Below, piece by piece: positions 53,910-63,795 of a stretch of DNA of 64,000 nucleotides; the stretch's first letter is position 1; each line of letters opens with the position of its first letter. Below the pieces are notes generated by a model that made no database searches, was not told where the DNA came from, and was given only the letters and a program-made list of their open reading frames with translations. This DNA comes from Pseudomonadota bacterium. GTDB lineage: Bacteria > Myxococcota > JACRCW01 > JAFGSX01. The translations under genes were made by a program, and so were the position numbers. The stretch lies in the NCBI GenBank assembly GCA_043821645.1, contig JBDRCO010000023.1, positions 169,141 to 233,140 on the forward strand. Reading direction: 5' to 3'.

Positions 53910-55031
53910 TCATCCTCCTTGGCCCAGGTCTTGTTCAGGAGACACACGCTGCGAACGGTCCCTGGTTTGCGCGGTCTCCAGCTCTGATCTGGACTGCGAG
54001 ATCCCGCGGGGGCAGGTGTAGCGCTGCATCTGGGTGTAGGGATCCTGTTCCTGGTTGGTCTGCGGGATTCGGGCCTCGAGCTCGGTCGGGTAGGCCACGA
54101 CCTCGAAGTGCGACGGCGTCTCGAAGGGCAGTCTCTCCAGGAGCTGGTAGCGGCCAGACTCACGCCCGACCGGGTCCTGCAGGTGGCGCAGGCTGTACCG
54201 CTCAGGCAGCACCTCCAGCAGTGCCTTCGGAGAGGTGAAGGAATCGACGCTATGGGGAGTGATCTCGATGATCAGAACCGGGCGATTCGCGGTGACGGTC
54301 CCTCGCAATCCTTCCAGGACAGGTCGTTCGTAGCCCTCGACGTCGATCTTGATCACGGTGACGGTGCCGGCCTTAGCCAGGACATCGTCCCCCCGGACCA
54401 CCTGGAGCAGCATCGTGTGCGGGCTTTCGTCCCTCTTCTCCGGCCGGGTGAAGCCGCCCGTGCCATTGTTGCCTTCGGCGGGCTCCTGAAAGACAAGAGT
54501 GCTGGCGGCCGCCCCCAGCCCGACCGCGTGAACCGTCACGTTGGTCAGGCGGTTGCGCTCGATCTGAGCTCGCAGTTTCTCGACCACTGGCGGGTAGGGC
54601 TCGAAGGCATGCACCTGCGCGACCCGGGGCGCCATGAACAGCACGTGCTGCCCGGTATTCGCCCCGACATCGACGTAGACCGGCTCGGCGTGGTCGAAGG
54701 CTTGCAGCAGATCCGCCATGAAGAAAAGGACATGCTTCTCGAAGGCACCGCGCTTGAGCACGGTGCGGTCGATCAGCTCCGAGGTGCTGCCCGAGTAGGT
54801 CAAACCGAAGAAATCGACTGTGAAATCGCGCGGAGGGAGTTGAACGGGCCCCGGCAGGACGAGCGGAATCTCGGGACTCTGAAGGACAGCAGGCAAGAGC
54901 AGCTGCTGAGCGGCCGAAAAACCGACAACCAATCCGAGCACTGCCAGCAGTCCCCCTGTCCTCCAGCTCACGGCGGACCTCCTCTCCCTCCCGGCATTCA
55001 AGAGTGCCGCCGGGCCGAGATCAAGTGCCAT
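53910..55031 (-). CDS. FkbM-family methyltransferase, membrane-anchored (copy 2)
   Basis: VDVGANTG, AFEP and IKIDVEGYE motifs; N-terminal TM. Confidence 0.88.
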   Translation of the reverse strand: MALDLGPAALLNAGRERRSAVSWRTGGLLAVLGLVVGFSAAQQLLLPAVLQSPEIPLVLPGPVQLPPRDFTVDFFGLTYSGSTSELIDRTVLKRGAFEKHVLFFMADLLQAFDHAEPVYVDVGANTGQHVLFMAPRVAQVHAFEPYPPVVEKLRAQIERNRLTNVTVHAVGLGAAASTLVFQEPAEGNNGTGGFTRPEKRDESPHTMLLQVVRGDDVLAKAGTVTVIKIDVEGYERPVLEGLRGTVTANRPVLIIEITPHSVDSFTSPKALLEVLPERYSLRHLQDPVGRESGRYQLLERLPFETPSHFEVVAYPTELEARIPQTNQEQDPYTQMQRYTCPRGISQSRSELETAQTRDRSQRVSPEQDLGQGG

Positions 55032-56006
55032 TCAGTCTCCAGGCCGCGGCGAGGCGGCTGCAGCTCGCTCCCCCAACTGGAACAACGCCGCGCTGCTCTC
55101 ACCCGGAAAGGCTGCGATGTTGAGACCTGATCCTCGCGGCCACTGTGTCAGCTCTTCGAGGGCGTACCCGCCGATCCAGCGTGCCCCGATGACGGAGATC
55201 TGAGCAAAGCGGTAGCCCGCGGGGAAGGCGGCCCGCAACTCCTCCAGGGAGCGAAACGACATCTCGTTGCCCTGGTTGAGTTCCATGGCGACGACGGGCT
55301 GGCAGCGCTCGAGGGTCTTCGCGAGCCCCTTCAGGACAGGTTTCTCGTAGCCCTCGACGTCGATCTTGATGGCCGCCACGTCTAGCTCCGGTGCCAGGGC
55401 ATCGTCGCCACGTACGATCCTGAGAGTCTGCGCGGAGCGCCCCTGGCCTCCGCTCGCGACGAATGTTCCTGTCCCCAGATTGGCTTCCTCCGGCATGAAG
55501 AAAGGGAGCTGTGCGGCCTCGGCACCCAGGCCCTCGGGGTGCACCACCACGTGGGATAGATGGTTGATGGCGACCTGCTCGCGCAAGCGCTCGACCAGGG
55601 GAGGAAAGGGCTCGAAGGCATGCACGGCCGTCGCATGATTGGCCATGTAGAGCATGTGCACACCCGTGTTGGCGCCCACGTCGACAAAGGCAGGGGATGG
55701 GCGCGCCAGGACGCGTAGTGCATCTTCGAGAAATCGAAGCTCGTACAGCTCGTAGGCACCCTCGCGCAGGATGCGGCGGTCGATGAAGTCCCTGGTGTTG
55801 CCCTTGTAGGTCAGACCAAAGTACTCGACCGTGAAGGCGCGGGGCGCGAGGATGGCAGGGTCCGGGATACCGTGCACATCCGGGCTCACCTCGACGCTGC
55901 ACCAGCGCTCGGGAATGGACACTGCAAGGGTCACCATCCCCAGCGCTCCGAGGCCGAGGCCCGCCAGAAAAAGGACGGGCCGGTCACGGCGGGATGGCAC
56001 GTTCAT
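55032..56006 (-). CDS. FkbM-family methyltransferase, membrane-anchored (copy 1)
   Basis: VDVGANTG, AFEP and IKIDVEGYE motifs; N-terminal TM. Confidence 0.88.
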   Translation of the reverse strand: MNVPSRRDRPVLFLAGLGLGALGMVTLAVSIPERWCSVEVSPDVHGIPDPAILAPRAFTVEYFGLTYKGNTRDFIDRRILREGAYELYELRFLEDALRVLARPSPAFVDVGANTGVHMLYMANHATAVHAFEPFPPLVERLREQVAINHLSHVVVHPEGLGAEAAQLPFFMPEEANLGTGTFVASGGQGRSAQTLRIVRGDDALAPELDVAAIKIDVEGYEKPVLKGLAKTLERCQPVVAMELNQGNEMSFRSLEELRAAFPAGYRFAQISVIGARWIGGYALEELTQWPRGSGLNIAAFPGESSAALFQLGERAAAASPRPGD

Positions 56007-56106
56007 GACAGTCTCCCTTCTGGCGACGGAGCGCTTGAGCTCTGTCGCGGGCGCTGCTCTACTGGCGCCGGGCTGGTTCTACCCTCTGGCCCGCGGGGAG
56101 TCGACC

Positions 56107-57237
56107 GTGACGAGACCACTAACCATCTCCCTGGTGCTGAGCCTGGTGGCCCTTGCGGGTTGCGAGGCCTGGAGCGATCTCGAAGACTACGAGCGCGAGG
56201 AGGTCCCGGTCTTTCAGGCCGATCACCTGACCCCGCCCTTCGACGACGATCCGTCGGTGCTGCGGGTCATGAGCTACAACTTCAAGTTCGGTGGCGGCCG
56301 CATCGACTTCTTCTTCGACTACTGGGGCGACCGGGCCACCATGACCGTCGCCGAGGTCGAGGGGAACCTCGACGCCCTGTACCGGCTGATCGAGGAAGTG
56401 CGACCGCATGTGCTGCTGGCACAGGAGGTCGAGGTCAACAGCAAGCGCTCGGCCTACGTCGACATGGTGCAGCGGACCCTGGACCTCACCCACCTCAACT
56501 ACGGCGCCTTCTACGAGGCCTGGGACACGCGCTTTGCTCCTGACGAGAGCACGGGGCGCGTACACATGGGCAATGCCATCTTCAGCGTTTTTCCCATCAC
56601 CAGTGCCGAGCGCATCCGTCAGGCCGATCGCACCGACCAGGCCATCTACGAGTCGTACTTTCTGCTGCACCGCAGCCTCGGCCGGGCCGAGATACAGGCG
56701 GGCAACACCCAGCTCGCCGCCTACGTGGTGCACACCGAGGCCTACGACCAGGACGGCACCAAGAAGAAGCACGTGGAGCAGGTTCACCAGCTTCTCGCCG
56801 AAGAGGTCCTGCCCGCGCTCATGGGTGGCGACTTCAACAGCGTGCCGCCCACCGCCCTCAAGAAGGAGAAGTTCAACGACGACGCACCTGAGTCCCTGGG
56901 GACGCGGTACGAGAGTCCGCCGTACGATCTGACGACCATGCAGGGCTTCTATGACGACTTCGTTCCCGCCATCGCGCTGGACCGCATCGGCGACACGCCG
57001 GAGAGCCAGCGCCGGCACTTCTCGCACACCATCATCGGCCCGGGCCACGAGGGCAACGACGGCAAGCCCGCGTACTGGAACCGCACTCTGGACTACCTGT
57101 GGACCAAGGCGCCGCTGCGCTGGGTCGACGGCAGCACCGACACCTTGCAGGGACCTGGCCGCCTGGGCATCGTGAGCGACCCCATGACCCTGAGCGATCA
57201 CTGTCCCGTGGTGGGAGACTGGGAGGTGCGACCATGA
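56107..57237 (+). CDS. Endonuclease/exonuclease/phosphatase (EEP) family lipoprotein
   Basis: Lipobox LAGC; MSYN, QEV, GDFN, LDY and SDH motifs; GTG start after GGGGAG. Confidence 0.9.
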   Translation: MTRPLTISLVLSLVALAGCEAWSDLEDYEREEVPVFQADHLTPPFDDDPSVLRVMSYNFKFGGGRIDFFFDYWGDRATMTVAEVEGNLDALYRLIEEVRPHVLLAQEVEVNSKRSAYVDMVQRTLDLTHLNYGAFYEAWDTRFAPDESTGRVHMGNAIFSVFPITSAERIRQADRTDQAIYESYFLLHRSLGRAEIQAGNTQLAAYVVHTEAYDQDGTKKKHVEQVHQLLAEEVLPALMGGDFNSVPPTALKKEKFNDDAPESLGTRYESPPYDLTTMQGFYDDFVPAIALDRIGDTPESQRRHFSHTIIGPGHEGNDGKPAYWNRTLDYLWTKAPLRWVDGSTDTLQGPGRLGIVSDPMTLSDHCPVVGDWEVRP

Positions 57238-58079
57238 GGCGCGCCACCGTCGTCACCCTGTCCCTGCTGCTGCTCCCTGCCGCGCTTGAGGCCGAGGCTA
57301 TTCGGGCCCGTGAAACGGCGCATCTTCGAGAATCCTGGAGCTGGTCCACGGGTGTGTTCAACCCCATGCGGCTCGCCCTGAGCGACACCATCACCGTCGA
57401 GACCCACCCCCTGCTCGACCTGGTGGGCGCCTTCAACGTCAACGTGCAAAAGTTGCACATGCAGGGCGCCAACTGGACCTTGACGCTCGAGGGAGGATTG
57501 TCCTGTCCCACCCTGGCCTTTCGCCTGACCCAGGTCATGCCCGTGGCCAGCCCCTTCTTCCCGCGCTGGACCAAGGGCGGGGGCGAGATCGGCTGGGTGC
57601 TGGTGCCGAGTGCGGGCCTGATCTGGTCTTATGGCGGCCCGCGCGAGGGCGTGTGGACCGTGCGTGGCGACGTGGCAGTGGGGCTGCCCATCGGTCCCTC
57701 GGACGCCTACCCCGTGGACAGCGTCTTCGCGCCCCTCGAGCTGGCCTTCGCGCCGGCGCTCACCGGGCTGCATGCACGGGTCGGCACGGGCTACGACTAC
57801 CCGGTGCTGGACTGGCTTCGCCTGCGTGCCCAGCTGTTCGGGCACATGACCGGACCCCACCCTCCGGGTTTCCCCCAGCTCTCGCCCTGGTTCATTGAGG
57901 GCTACGGAGGTGTCGACCTCGGCATCGGCGACCACGCCCGCGTCACCCTTGGCGCCAAGTGGTACAACTGGGACCAGCACGCCACCGAGGTGGTGGAGGA
58001 CAAGGACGGCCGCGCCCGTCGACAGTCCGTGCGCTCCAATGATTTCTGGCCCACCATCGATTTCATCTGGGAGAGTTGA
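57234..58079 (+). CDS. Probable outer-membrane beta-barrel protein
   Basis: ATGA overlap with the EEP gene; signal peptide ending AEA; alternating aromatic/Gly strands; C-terminal IDFIW. Confidence 0.65.
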   Translation: MRRATVVTLSLLLLPAALEAEAIRARETAHLRESWSWSTGVFNPMRLALSDTITVETHPLLDLVGAFNVNVQKLHMQGANWTLTLEGGLSCPTLAFRLTQVMPVASPFFPRWTKGGGEIGWVLVPSAGLIWSYGGPREGVWTVRGDVAVGLPIGPSDAYPVDSVFAPLELAFAPALTGLHARVGTGYDYPVLDWLRLRAQLFGHMTGPHPPGFPQLSPWFIEGYGGVDLGIGDHARVTLGAKWYNWDQHATEVVEDKDGRARRQSVRSNDFWPTIDFIWES

Positions 58080-58104
58080 GGGGACCGGCGTCCGGGAGGG
58101 AACG

Positions 58105-59622
58105 ATGCCAGCTCCGAGCCTCGCGCCGCGGGATCTCGACGACCTGAGGGACCGTGGCATCCCGGAAGCAGAAGCCCGGAGGATCCTGGCCCGCCTCCAG
58201 CAACCTCCGCGCTTCGTCACATTGCTGCGCGCCGGCACACGTCTCGACGGTGTGCGCGCGCTCGGGCAACTCGAGGAGCTCACCTCCCGTTTCGATGCTC
58301 TCGAGCTGGTACCTGGCAAGTTCACGCCCATGTCCGGTGCGGCCTCGCGCATGTTCGGCTTTCTTGAAAAAGTGCTGGCCGACCAGGCCACCCCCGACGA
58401 CGCGAACAAGCTGGGACGCTTTGTCCAGGCACTCGATCGCCGTCACGATGGACCGCGCTTCGCCTTTGACAGCGACCTTGCGGCCGTGCTGCGCGCGCGT
58501 GGCCAGGACCTGCAGCAGCTCATCGTCGCCGGTGAGCCCCGCGCGGTGGTGGCCGCCCTGCTCGATGACGACGGCCTGGGCTTTCGCTCCAAGCCCAAGG
58601 CCCTGATCCCGTTTCACCGTCGGCAAGGTCGCGCGGTGCTGGCGCTGGAGGAGCACCTGCGCGAGGCCCAGGGCTACGCCGGGAACCGGCTCCATATCAC
58701 GATCTCACCGGAGCACCGGCCGCTGTTCGAGCTGGCGCTGGTGCAGATCCGCACGCGGTGCCCGGAGCTCGCTTCTGTCCAGGTCGACATGTCGGTGCAG
58801 CACCCCTCCACCGATGCGCTGGCCCTGGACGTGTCGACCCTGGCGCTTGTTCGAGACGCGGATGACCGCCTGGCTTTCTTCCCGGCGGGTCATGGTGCCT
58901 TGCTGCGCAACCTGCAAGAACTGGGTCGTCCGGCCGTGCTGCGCAATGTCGACAACGTGCCCGCGAGCGCCCGCGCGCGGGAGATGGTGAACCGGCATCA
59001 TCGCGCCCTGGCCGTCGTGCTGGCGGAACTCAAAGCAGAGCTCGGACGCCTGATCCAGGAACTCGACGCCGGCCACCTGAGCAGGGATGAGCTCCGGGCA
59101 GGCCTCGATGGACTGCGCGAACGCGGCGTGGGCGTACTGCTCGATCCCGCGCGCTTCGATGCCGCCCCAGACCCCGATCAGCGACGCATGGCCCGGTACG
59201 CCCTCGACCGACCCGTCAAGATCGCCGGCATGGTGCGCAACGAGGGCGAGCCTGGTGGTGGTCCCTTCGTCGTCGAGCATGGCGGCCTGACCTTCCTTTC
59301 CATCGTCGAGAAAGACGAGATCGCGCGCGATCAAAAGCAGCTCATGCGCGATGGTGAGTTCTTCAATCCGGTCGATCTGCTGGTGGATCCGACCGATCAT
59401 CGGGGCCAGCCCATGGACCTGCAGCGCTTCGTCAATCAGGATCGATGCTTCATCGTGCGCAAGCCCTACCGCGGCCGCGACATCCTGCGGCTCGAGCAGC
59501 CGGGCTTGTGGAACGGCGCGATGGATGGATGGACCTCGCTGTTCGTGGAGCTACCCCTGGAAACCTTCGCCCCGGTCAAGGAAGTCAACGACCTGTTGCG
59601 AGCGCAGCACCAGGAGGCCTGA
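58105..59622 (+). CDS. DUF4301 family protein (nucleotidyltransferase-like)
   Basis: SGAASRMF, PAGHGAL, NVDNV, GMVRNEGEPGGGPF, FNPVDL, PGLWNGAM and TFAPVK.VNDLL motifs. Confidence 0.85.
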   Translation: MPAPSLAPRDLDDLRDRGIPEAEARRILARLQQPPRFVTLLRAGTRLDGVRALGQLEELTSRFDALELVPGKFTPMSGAASRMFGFLEKVLADQATPDDANKLGRFVQALDRRHDGPRFAFDSDLAAVLRARGQDLQQLIVAGEPRAVVAALLDDDGLGFRSKPKALIPFHRRQGRAVLALEEHLREAQGYAGNRLHITISPEHRPLFELALVQIRTRCPELASVQVDMSVQHPSTDALALDVSTLALVRDADDRLAFFPAGHGALLRNLQELGRPAVLRNVDNVPASARAREMVNRHHRALAVVLAELKAELGRLIQELDAGHLSRDELRAGLDGLRERGVGVLLDPARFDAAPDPDQRRMARYALDRPVKIAGMVRNEGEPGGGPFVVEHGGLTFLSIVEKDEIARDQKQLMRDGEFFNPVDLLVDPTDHRGQPMDLQRFVNQDRCFIVRKPYRGRDILRLEQPGLWNGAMDGWTSLFVELPLETFAPVKEVNDLLRAQHQEA

Positions 59623-59741
59623 GCGACCCGCACCCAGATCCCGGCACCGCGCCCGCGCGCCGCCCAAACCAACGCAGCTTTCCCAGTGATCGCCCGATAA
59701 ACTAGAGTGGATCTCGACCGGCGCCCCTGCTGGAGGTTGAT

Positions 59742-62700
59742 ATGTGTCGCGTTTACAAAGGCTTATCCTTGTCCATGCTATCCCTCCTGGCGCTCGCGCG
59801 CTGTGACTGCGGGGGCGTGACACCGGCCGGAAAGGACTCGGGCCCGGCCGCGGATGCCGCCCCCGATGCGGCATCGCTCGATCTGCTGAGCGGGGATGCG
59901 CTGGTGCTGGATGTCCTGGGCCGTGACCAGGTGCCGGGACAGGACCACCTCGTCGACACTCCGGATCCCAATCGTCCGGACAATGCCTTGCGCGATTCGG
60001 ACTGCGACGGCCTCAACGACGCCGAGGAGTACGGCGCGGTTTATGGGGGCGGTGGCCAGACCGACCCCGGAAACCCAGACAGTGACGGCGATGACATTCT
60101 CGACGGGGTCGAGGCGGGGCGAACCAGCTCGGTGGACGCCCGTTGCACCATGTTCCGGGCCGACCTGGACCCCACGACCCAGACCGACCCCACCCGCGCG
60201 GACACCGATGGCGATGGACTGGACGATGGCGAGGAAGATTCCAACCACGACGGAGCATATGCCGCCGGGACCGAGCTCAACCCGCGCAATCCAGACACGG
60301 ATGGCGACGGACTGTGCGATGGCCCCAACACGGTGTCCGGTGTGTGCGTGGGTGGCGATCCGGACCCCTTTTCCACCATCAACGACCGCGATCGCGACGG
60401 CCTGCCCGACGACCGGGACTCCGCGCCAGACGATCCGGATCGCGACGGCGACGGGCTGTGCGACGGGCCGCGCAGCGTGCTCGGGGTGTGCACCGGGGGT
60501 GAGGACCTCAACGCCGATGGCACGGTCAACGCCGGCGAGACAGACCCTGACCACGTCGACACGGATTGCGACGGCGTCAGCGATGGCGAGGAACGCGCCC
60601 GAGGCCTGGATCCGCGCAAGGCCGACAGCGACGGCGACCTGATCCCGGATGGCGTGGAACTCGGTCGCAGCCAGAACCTGGACCCGGGGTTCTGCACTGG
60701 CGTTGCAGCGGACCAGGATCCGGCGACCACCACGGACCCATTGCGAGTGGACAGCGACGGCGATGGCATCAACGATGGCGTCGAGGACGCCAATCGCAAT
60801 GGCCGCATCGACAGCGGCGAGACAGACCCCGGCAACCCCGATCAGGACGGCGACGGCCGCTGCGACGGCCCGGTTCGCGTGATCCCTGGCGTGTGCACGG
60901 GCGGCGAGGATCTCAACGCCAATGGTCGTCTGGATCCCGGCGAGACCGACCCGCGCAGCGCCAACAACGCCGATCCCGATGCGGACCAGGACGGCATCCC
61001 CGATGCGGTCGAGGACCAGGTCTCGTGCCTGGACCGGAACAACCCCGATAGCGACGGTGACGGCCTCTGCGACGGCCGCCTGCCGGTGGCGGGAACCTGT
61101 ACCGCTGGCGAGGACATGAATGGCAACGGCCGCGTCGACACCGGGGAGAGCGATCCCTGCGCCATCGACAGTGACTGCGACGGTCTGGTCGACGGTGCGA
61201 GCTATGGTGACTTCGTCGGCGAGTCGGCGGTCGGTACCCAGGCCTACAACCCGGACACCGACGGGGATGGGCTTGGCGACGGGCTGGAAGCGGGCGTGGC
61301 CGGCGTGCACGTACCCACGGGCACCTCGGCCGGTTGCGGCTTCGTGGCCGATGCAGATCCCGCGACCACCACCAGCCCCACCCAGGCGGACAGCGACGGC
61401 GACGGCGTGCTCGACGGCGCCGAGGACCTCAACGGGAACGGGCGCGTCGACACCGGAGAACTGGATCCTGGCAATGGCTCCGACGTCACACCGGTGGTCC
61501 TGGCCGCCTGTGCCCTGCAGAACCTGATCCCCATCGACCCGCGCATCGAGGCTGCGGTGGATCAGCAACTTCTCATCGGCAAGCGCAACGCGGCAGACTT
61601 CGCGCTGCACAGTGTCCTGACCAACGCTGCGGGAGCGGTGGTCGGGCAGCTCGGTTACGACGACAGCACCAAGGTCACCTACCTGCTGCTCACCAGGACA
61701 CCGGCCGGCGCCACCGCCCTGGCCGAGGAGGTCGCAGGCCAGGGCTTGCTCACAGGCCTGGGCGCCGTGAGCACTCCCATCACCTACACCTTCACCACCT
61801 GGGATGGCTACACCGCGGTGCATGCCACCTACGATCTGGCCGGGAATGTCGGCGTCAAGGCGCGGACCAACGCCATCGCCCAGGCCTATGTCAGCGGCGC
61901 GGGTGGCCTGCTCCCCACCGCAGCCGATGTCACGGCCCAGGGCGGATTCAAGGTCGAGGCCGAGTACGTGCGGCGCTCGGACAGCACGGCCCTGGTGCTG
62001 ATGACGCTGGTCCCGGCACAGCTCCACAGCGGCCAGGCCCTCTTTCACCTCTCCGACCTCGGCGATGGCTCTGCCCTGGGTCAGGCCGGTGACGCCACGG
62101 GCGTGCTGTGCGAGCGTCTCACCGCCCAGGGAAACGCCACCGTCGACATCCTGTGGGCGGTCGACAATTCGGTGTCGATGAGCGACGAGCAGGCGGCGGT
62201 GGCTGCATCCGCGGATGCTCTCGATGCCCGCCTGGGCAGGGCCAGCGTGGACTGGCGCGTGGCCGAGGTCTCCAGTGCCTTCTACGCCCCAAACGGCACC
62301 GCCTCGGGCTGCACCAACCTGAGCTGCGGCAACACCCTCGAGCAGCAGTGCCGGCGCTTCACCTCCAGCATCACCGCGTTCAAGAACTGGTTCACCCAGA
62401 GCCACGCCGCGTGGATAGGCGCAGGTGGCGTGTGCAATACGCCCAACGAGCGCATCCTCCGTGGTGCTCAGCTCATGCTGACGCCCGCCGCCAGCAACGG
62501 CAACCTCGCCAGCTTCATGCCCGTGGCCGCGAGTCCCGACGCCATGCACCTGCGCGAGGACACGAACCTGGTGCTGATCCTCCTGGGCGATGCCGACGAC
62601 CAGCAGTACACCAACGCGACCGCAGCGGCGGGCATTGACGAGTACGAAGCCTTCTTCCGCGCTCTTCCCGTGGCATCGTTCACCACCGGTGGCATCCTGT

Positions 62701-63758
62701 GCCCGGACGGTTCCTGCGGAGAGACCCAGCGCACCCCGCACGTGGCGACCGGCTTCGTCAACCGCTTCGGCGGCGTTCTGGGGGGGCTCAAGGACCTGAG
62801 CTCCATCGCCCCCACCATCGACGCCATCGTCGACCAGGTGGTGGGCCGGGTCAGTCCCTACACCCTGCAAGAGCCAGCCATCTCCTCGACCATCAAGGTT
62901 GCCATCTCCCGCGACGGCTCCACCGGCGCCTGTCTCACGATCGTTCCGACCTGCCCCTGTGACGACGTGCCCCGCAGCCGCGACAACGGCTTCGACTATG
63001 ACAGCAGCACCAACACCATCGCCTTCTTTGGCGATTGCCGGCCCCTGGCCGCATCACCGGCGGCAGACATCGCGGTGTCCTATCGCTACTGGATAGACCG
63101 CACACCCGACGCCGACCCCGGCCAGAATTGCGACTGCACCCCGCCCCAGGTCTGTGATCCGCTGACCCTTGCCTGCTACTGCCCCCCGGATTGCGGCCAG
63201 GCCAACCTGCCGCCCGAAGAGGTGTGCAACACGTCGACCTGCACCGTCGAGTGCCGACCCGACTGCGGCGCCAGCTGTGGCGGCGCCTCGGTCTGCGTGT
63301 CCACCACCTCCTTGTGCGGCTGCGAATGTCCCAGCGACTGCGGCGGCCCCTCCCCGGGCGGCGGTTTCAGCTGCGACCGGGACCCAGGCAGTGCGAGCTT
63401 CTGCACCTATACCTGCACCGGCTGTCCAGGCACGCCGCCCAATAGCCAGATGGTGTGCGATGCCCCGACCTGCACCTGGCAGTGCCCGGCGTGCAGCGCG
63501 TGTCCGGGACTGGCCACCTGCAACATGGCCACCTGCGCCTGCGACTGCCAGCAGACCCTGAGCTGCAATCCCGGGTACCAGTGGGATGCCCAGGCGTGCG
63601 ACTGCGTGTGTGACACCGCCAGCCTCGGCTGTGGTGCCAGGTACCTGCCCAGCGCCTCGCTGTGCGCATGCATCTGTGCTGACAACTGCGGTGATCAGTG
63701 CCAGGGGAGTGTTCACTGCAACTCGAGTCTGTGCGCCTGCGTGCCCAACGGGGGCTGA
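59742..63758 (+). CDS. cglD: CglD-like gliding-motility lipoprotein (TSP3-like Ca-binding repeats, VWA domain, Cys-rich C-terminus)
   Basis: Lipoprotein signal ...LALARCDC; many D.DGDG..DG.E repeats; MIDAS DNSVS at 62163-62177; Cys-rich tail. The architecture matches myxobacterial CglD. Confidence 0.8.
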   Translation: MCRVYKGLSLSMLSLLALARCDCGGVTPAGKDSGPAADAAPDAASLDLLSGDALVLDVLGRDQVPGQDHLVDTPDPNRPDNALRDSDCDGLNDAEEYGAVYGGGGQTDPGNPDSDGDDILDGVEAGRTSSVDARCTMFRADLDPTTQTDPTRADTDGDGLDDGEEDSNHDGAYAAGTELNPRNPDTDGDGLCDGPNTVSGVCVGGDPDPFSTINDRDRDGLPDDRDSAPDDPDRDGDGLCDGPRSVLGVCTGGEDLNADGTVNAGETDPDHVDTDCDGVSDGEERARGLDPRKADSDGDLIPDGVELGRSQNLDPGFCTGVAADQDPATTTDPLRVDSDGDGINDGVEDANRNGRIDSGETDPGNPDQDGDGRCDGPVRVIPGVCTGGEDLNANGRLDPGETDPRSANNADPDADQDGIPDAVEDQVSCLDRNNPDSDGDGLCDGRLPVAGTCTAGEDMNGNGRVDTGESDPCAIDSDCDGLVDGASYGDFVGESAVGTQAYNPDTDGDGLGDGLEAGVAGVHVPTGTSAGCGFVADADPATTTSPTQADSDGDGVLDGAEDLNGNGRVDTGELDPGNGSDVTPVVLAACALQNLIPIDPRIEAAVDQQLLIGKRNAADFALHSVLTNAAGAVVGQLGYDDSTKVTYLLLTRTPAGATALAEEVAGQGLLTGLGAVSTPITYTFTTWDGYTAVHATYDLAGNVGVKARTNAIAQAYVSGAGGLLPTAADVTAQGGFKVEAEYVRRSDSTALVLMTLVPAQLHSGQALFHLSDLGDGSALGQAGDATGVLCERLTAQGNATVDILWAVDNSVSMSDEQAAVAASADALDARLGRASVDWRVAEVSSAFYAPNGTASGCTNLSCGNTLEQQCRRFTSSITAFKNWFTQSHAAWIGAGGVCNTPNERILRGAQLMLTPAASNGNLASFMPVAASPDAMHLREDTNLVLILLGDADDQQYTNATAAAGIDEYEAFFRALPVASFTTGGILCPDGSCGETQRTPHVATGFVNRFGGVLGGLKDLSSIAPTIDAIVDQVVGRVSPYTLQEPAISSTIKVAISRDGSTGACLTIVPTCPCDDVPRSRDNGFDYDSSTNTIAFFGDCRPLAASPAADIAVSYRYWIDRTPDADPGQNCDCTPPQVCDPLTLACYCPPDCGQANLPPEEVCNTSTCTVECRPDCGASCGGASVCVSTTSLCGCECPSDCGGPSPGGGFSCDRDPGSASFCTYTCTGCPGTPPNSQMVCDAPTCTWQCPACSACPGLATCNMATCACDCQQTLSCNPGYQWDAQACDCVCDTASLGCGARYLPSASLCACICADNCGDQCQGSVHCNSSLCACVPNGG

Positions 63759-63795
63759 CCCTGCGCTTTCGCCACCCAACACACTTCGGCCTGGG

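Noticed and set aside
59778-62870. 1030-aa minus-strand ORF
   Set aside because: Antisense shadow of the cglD-like gene; its V/A/I/G-rich composition mirrors the Asp/Gly/Thr codons.
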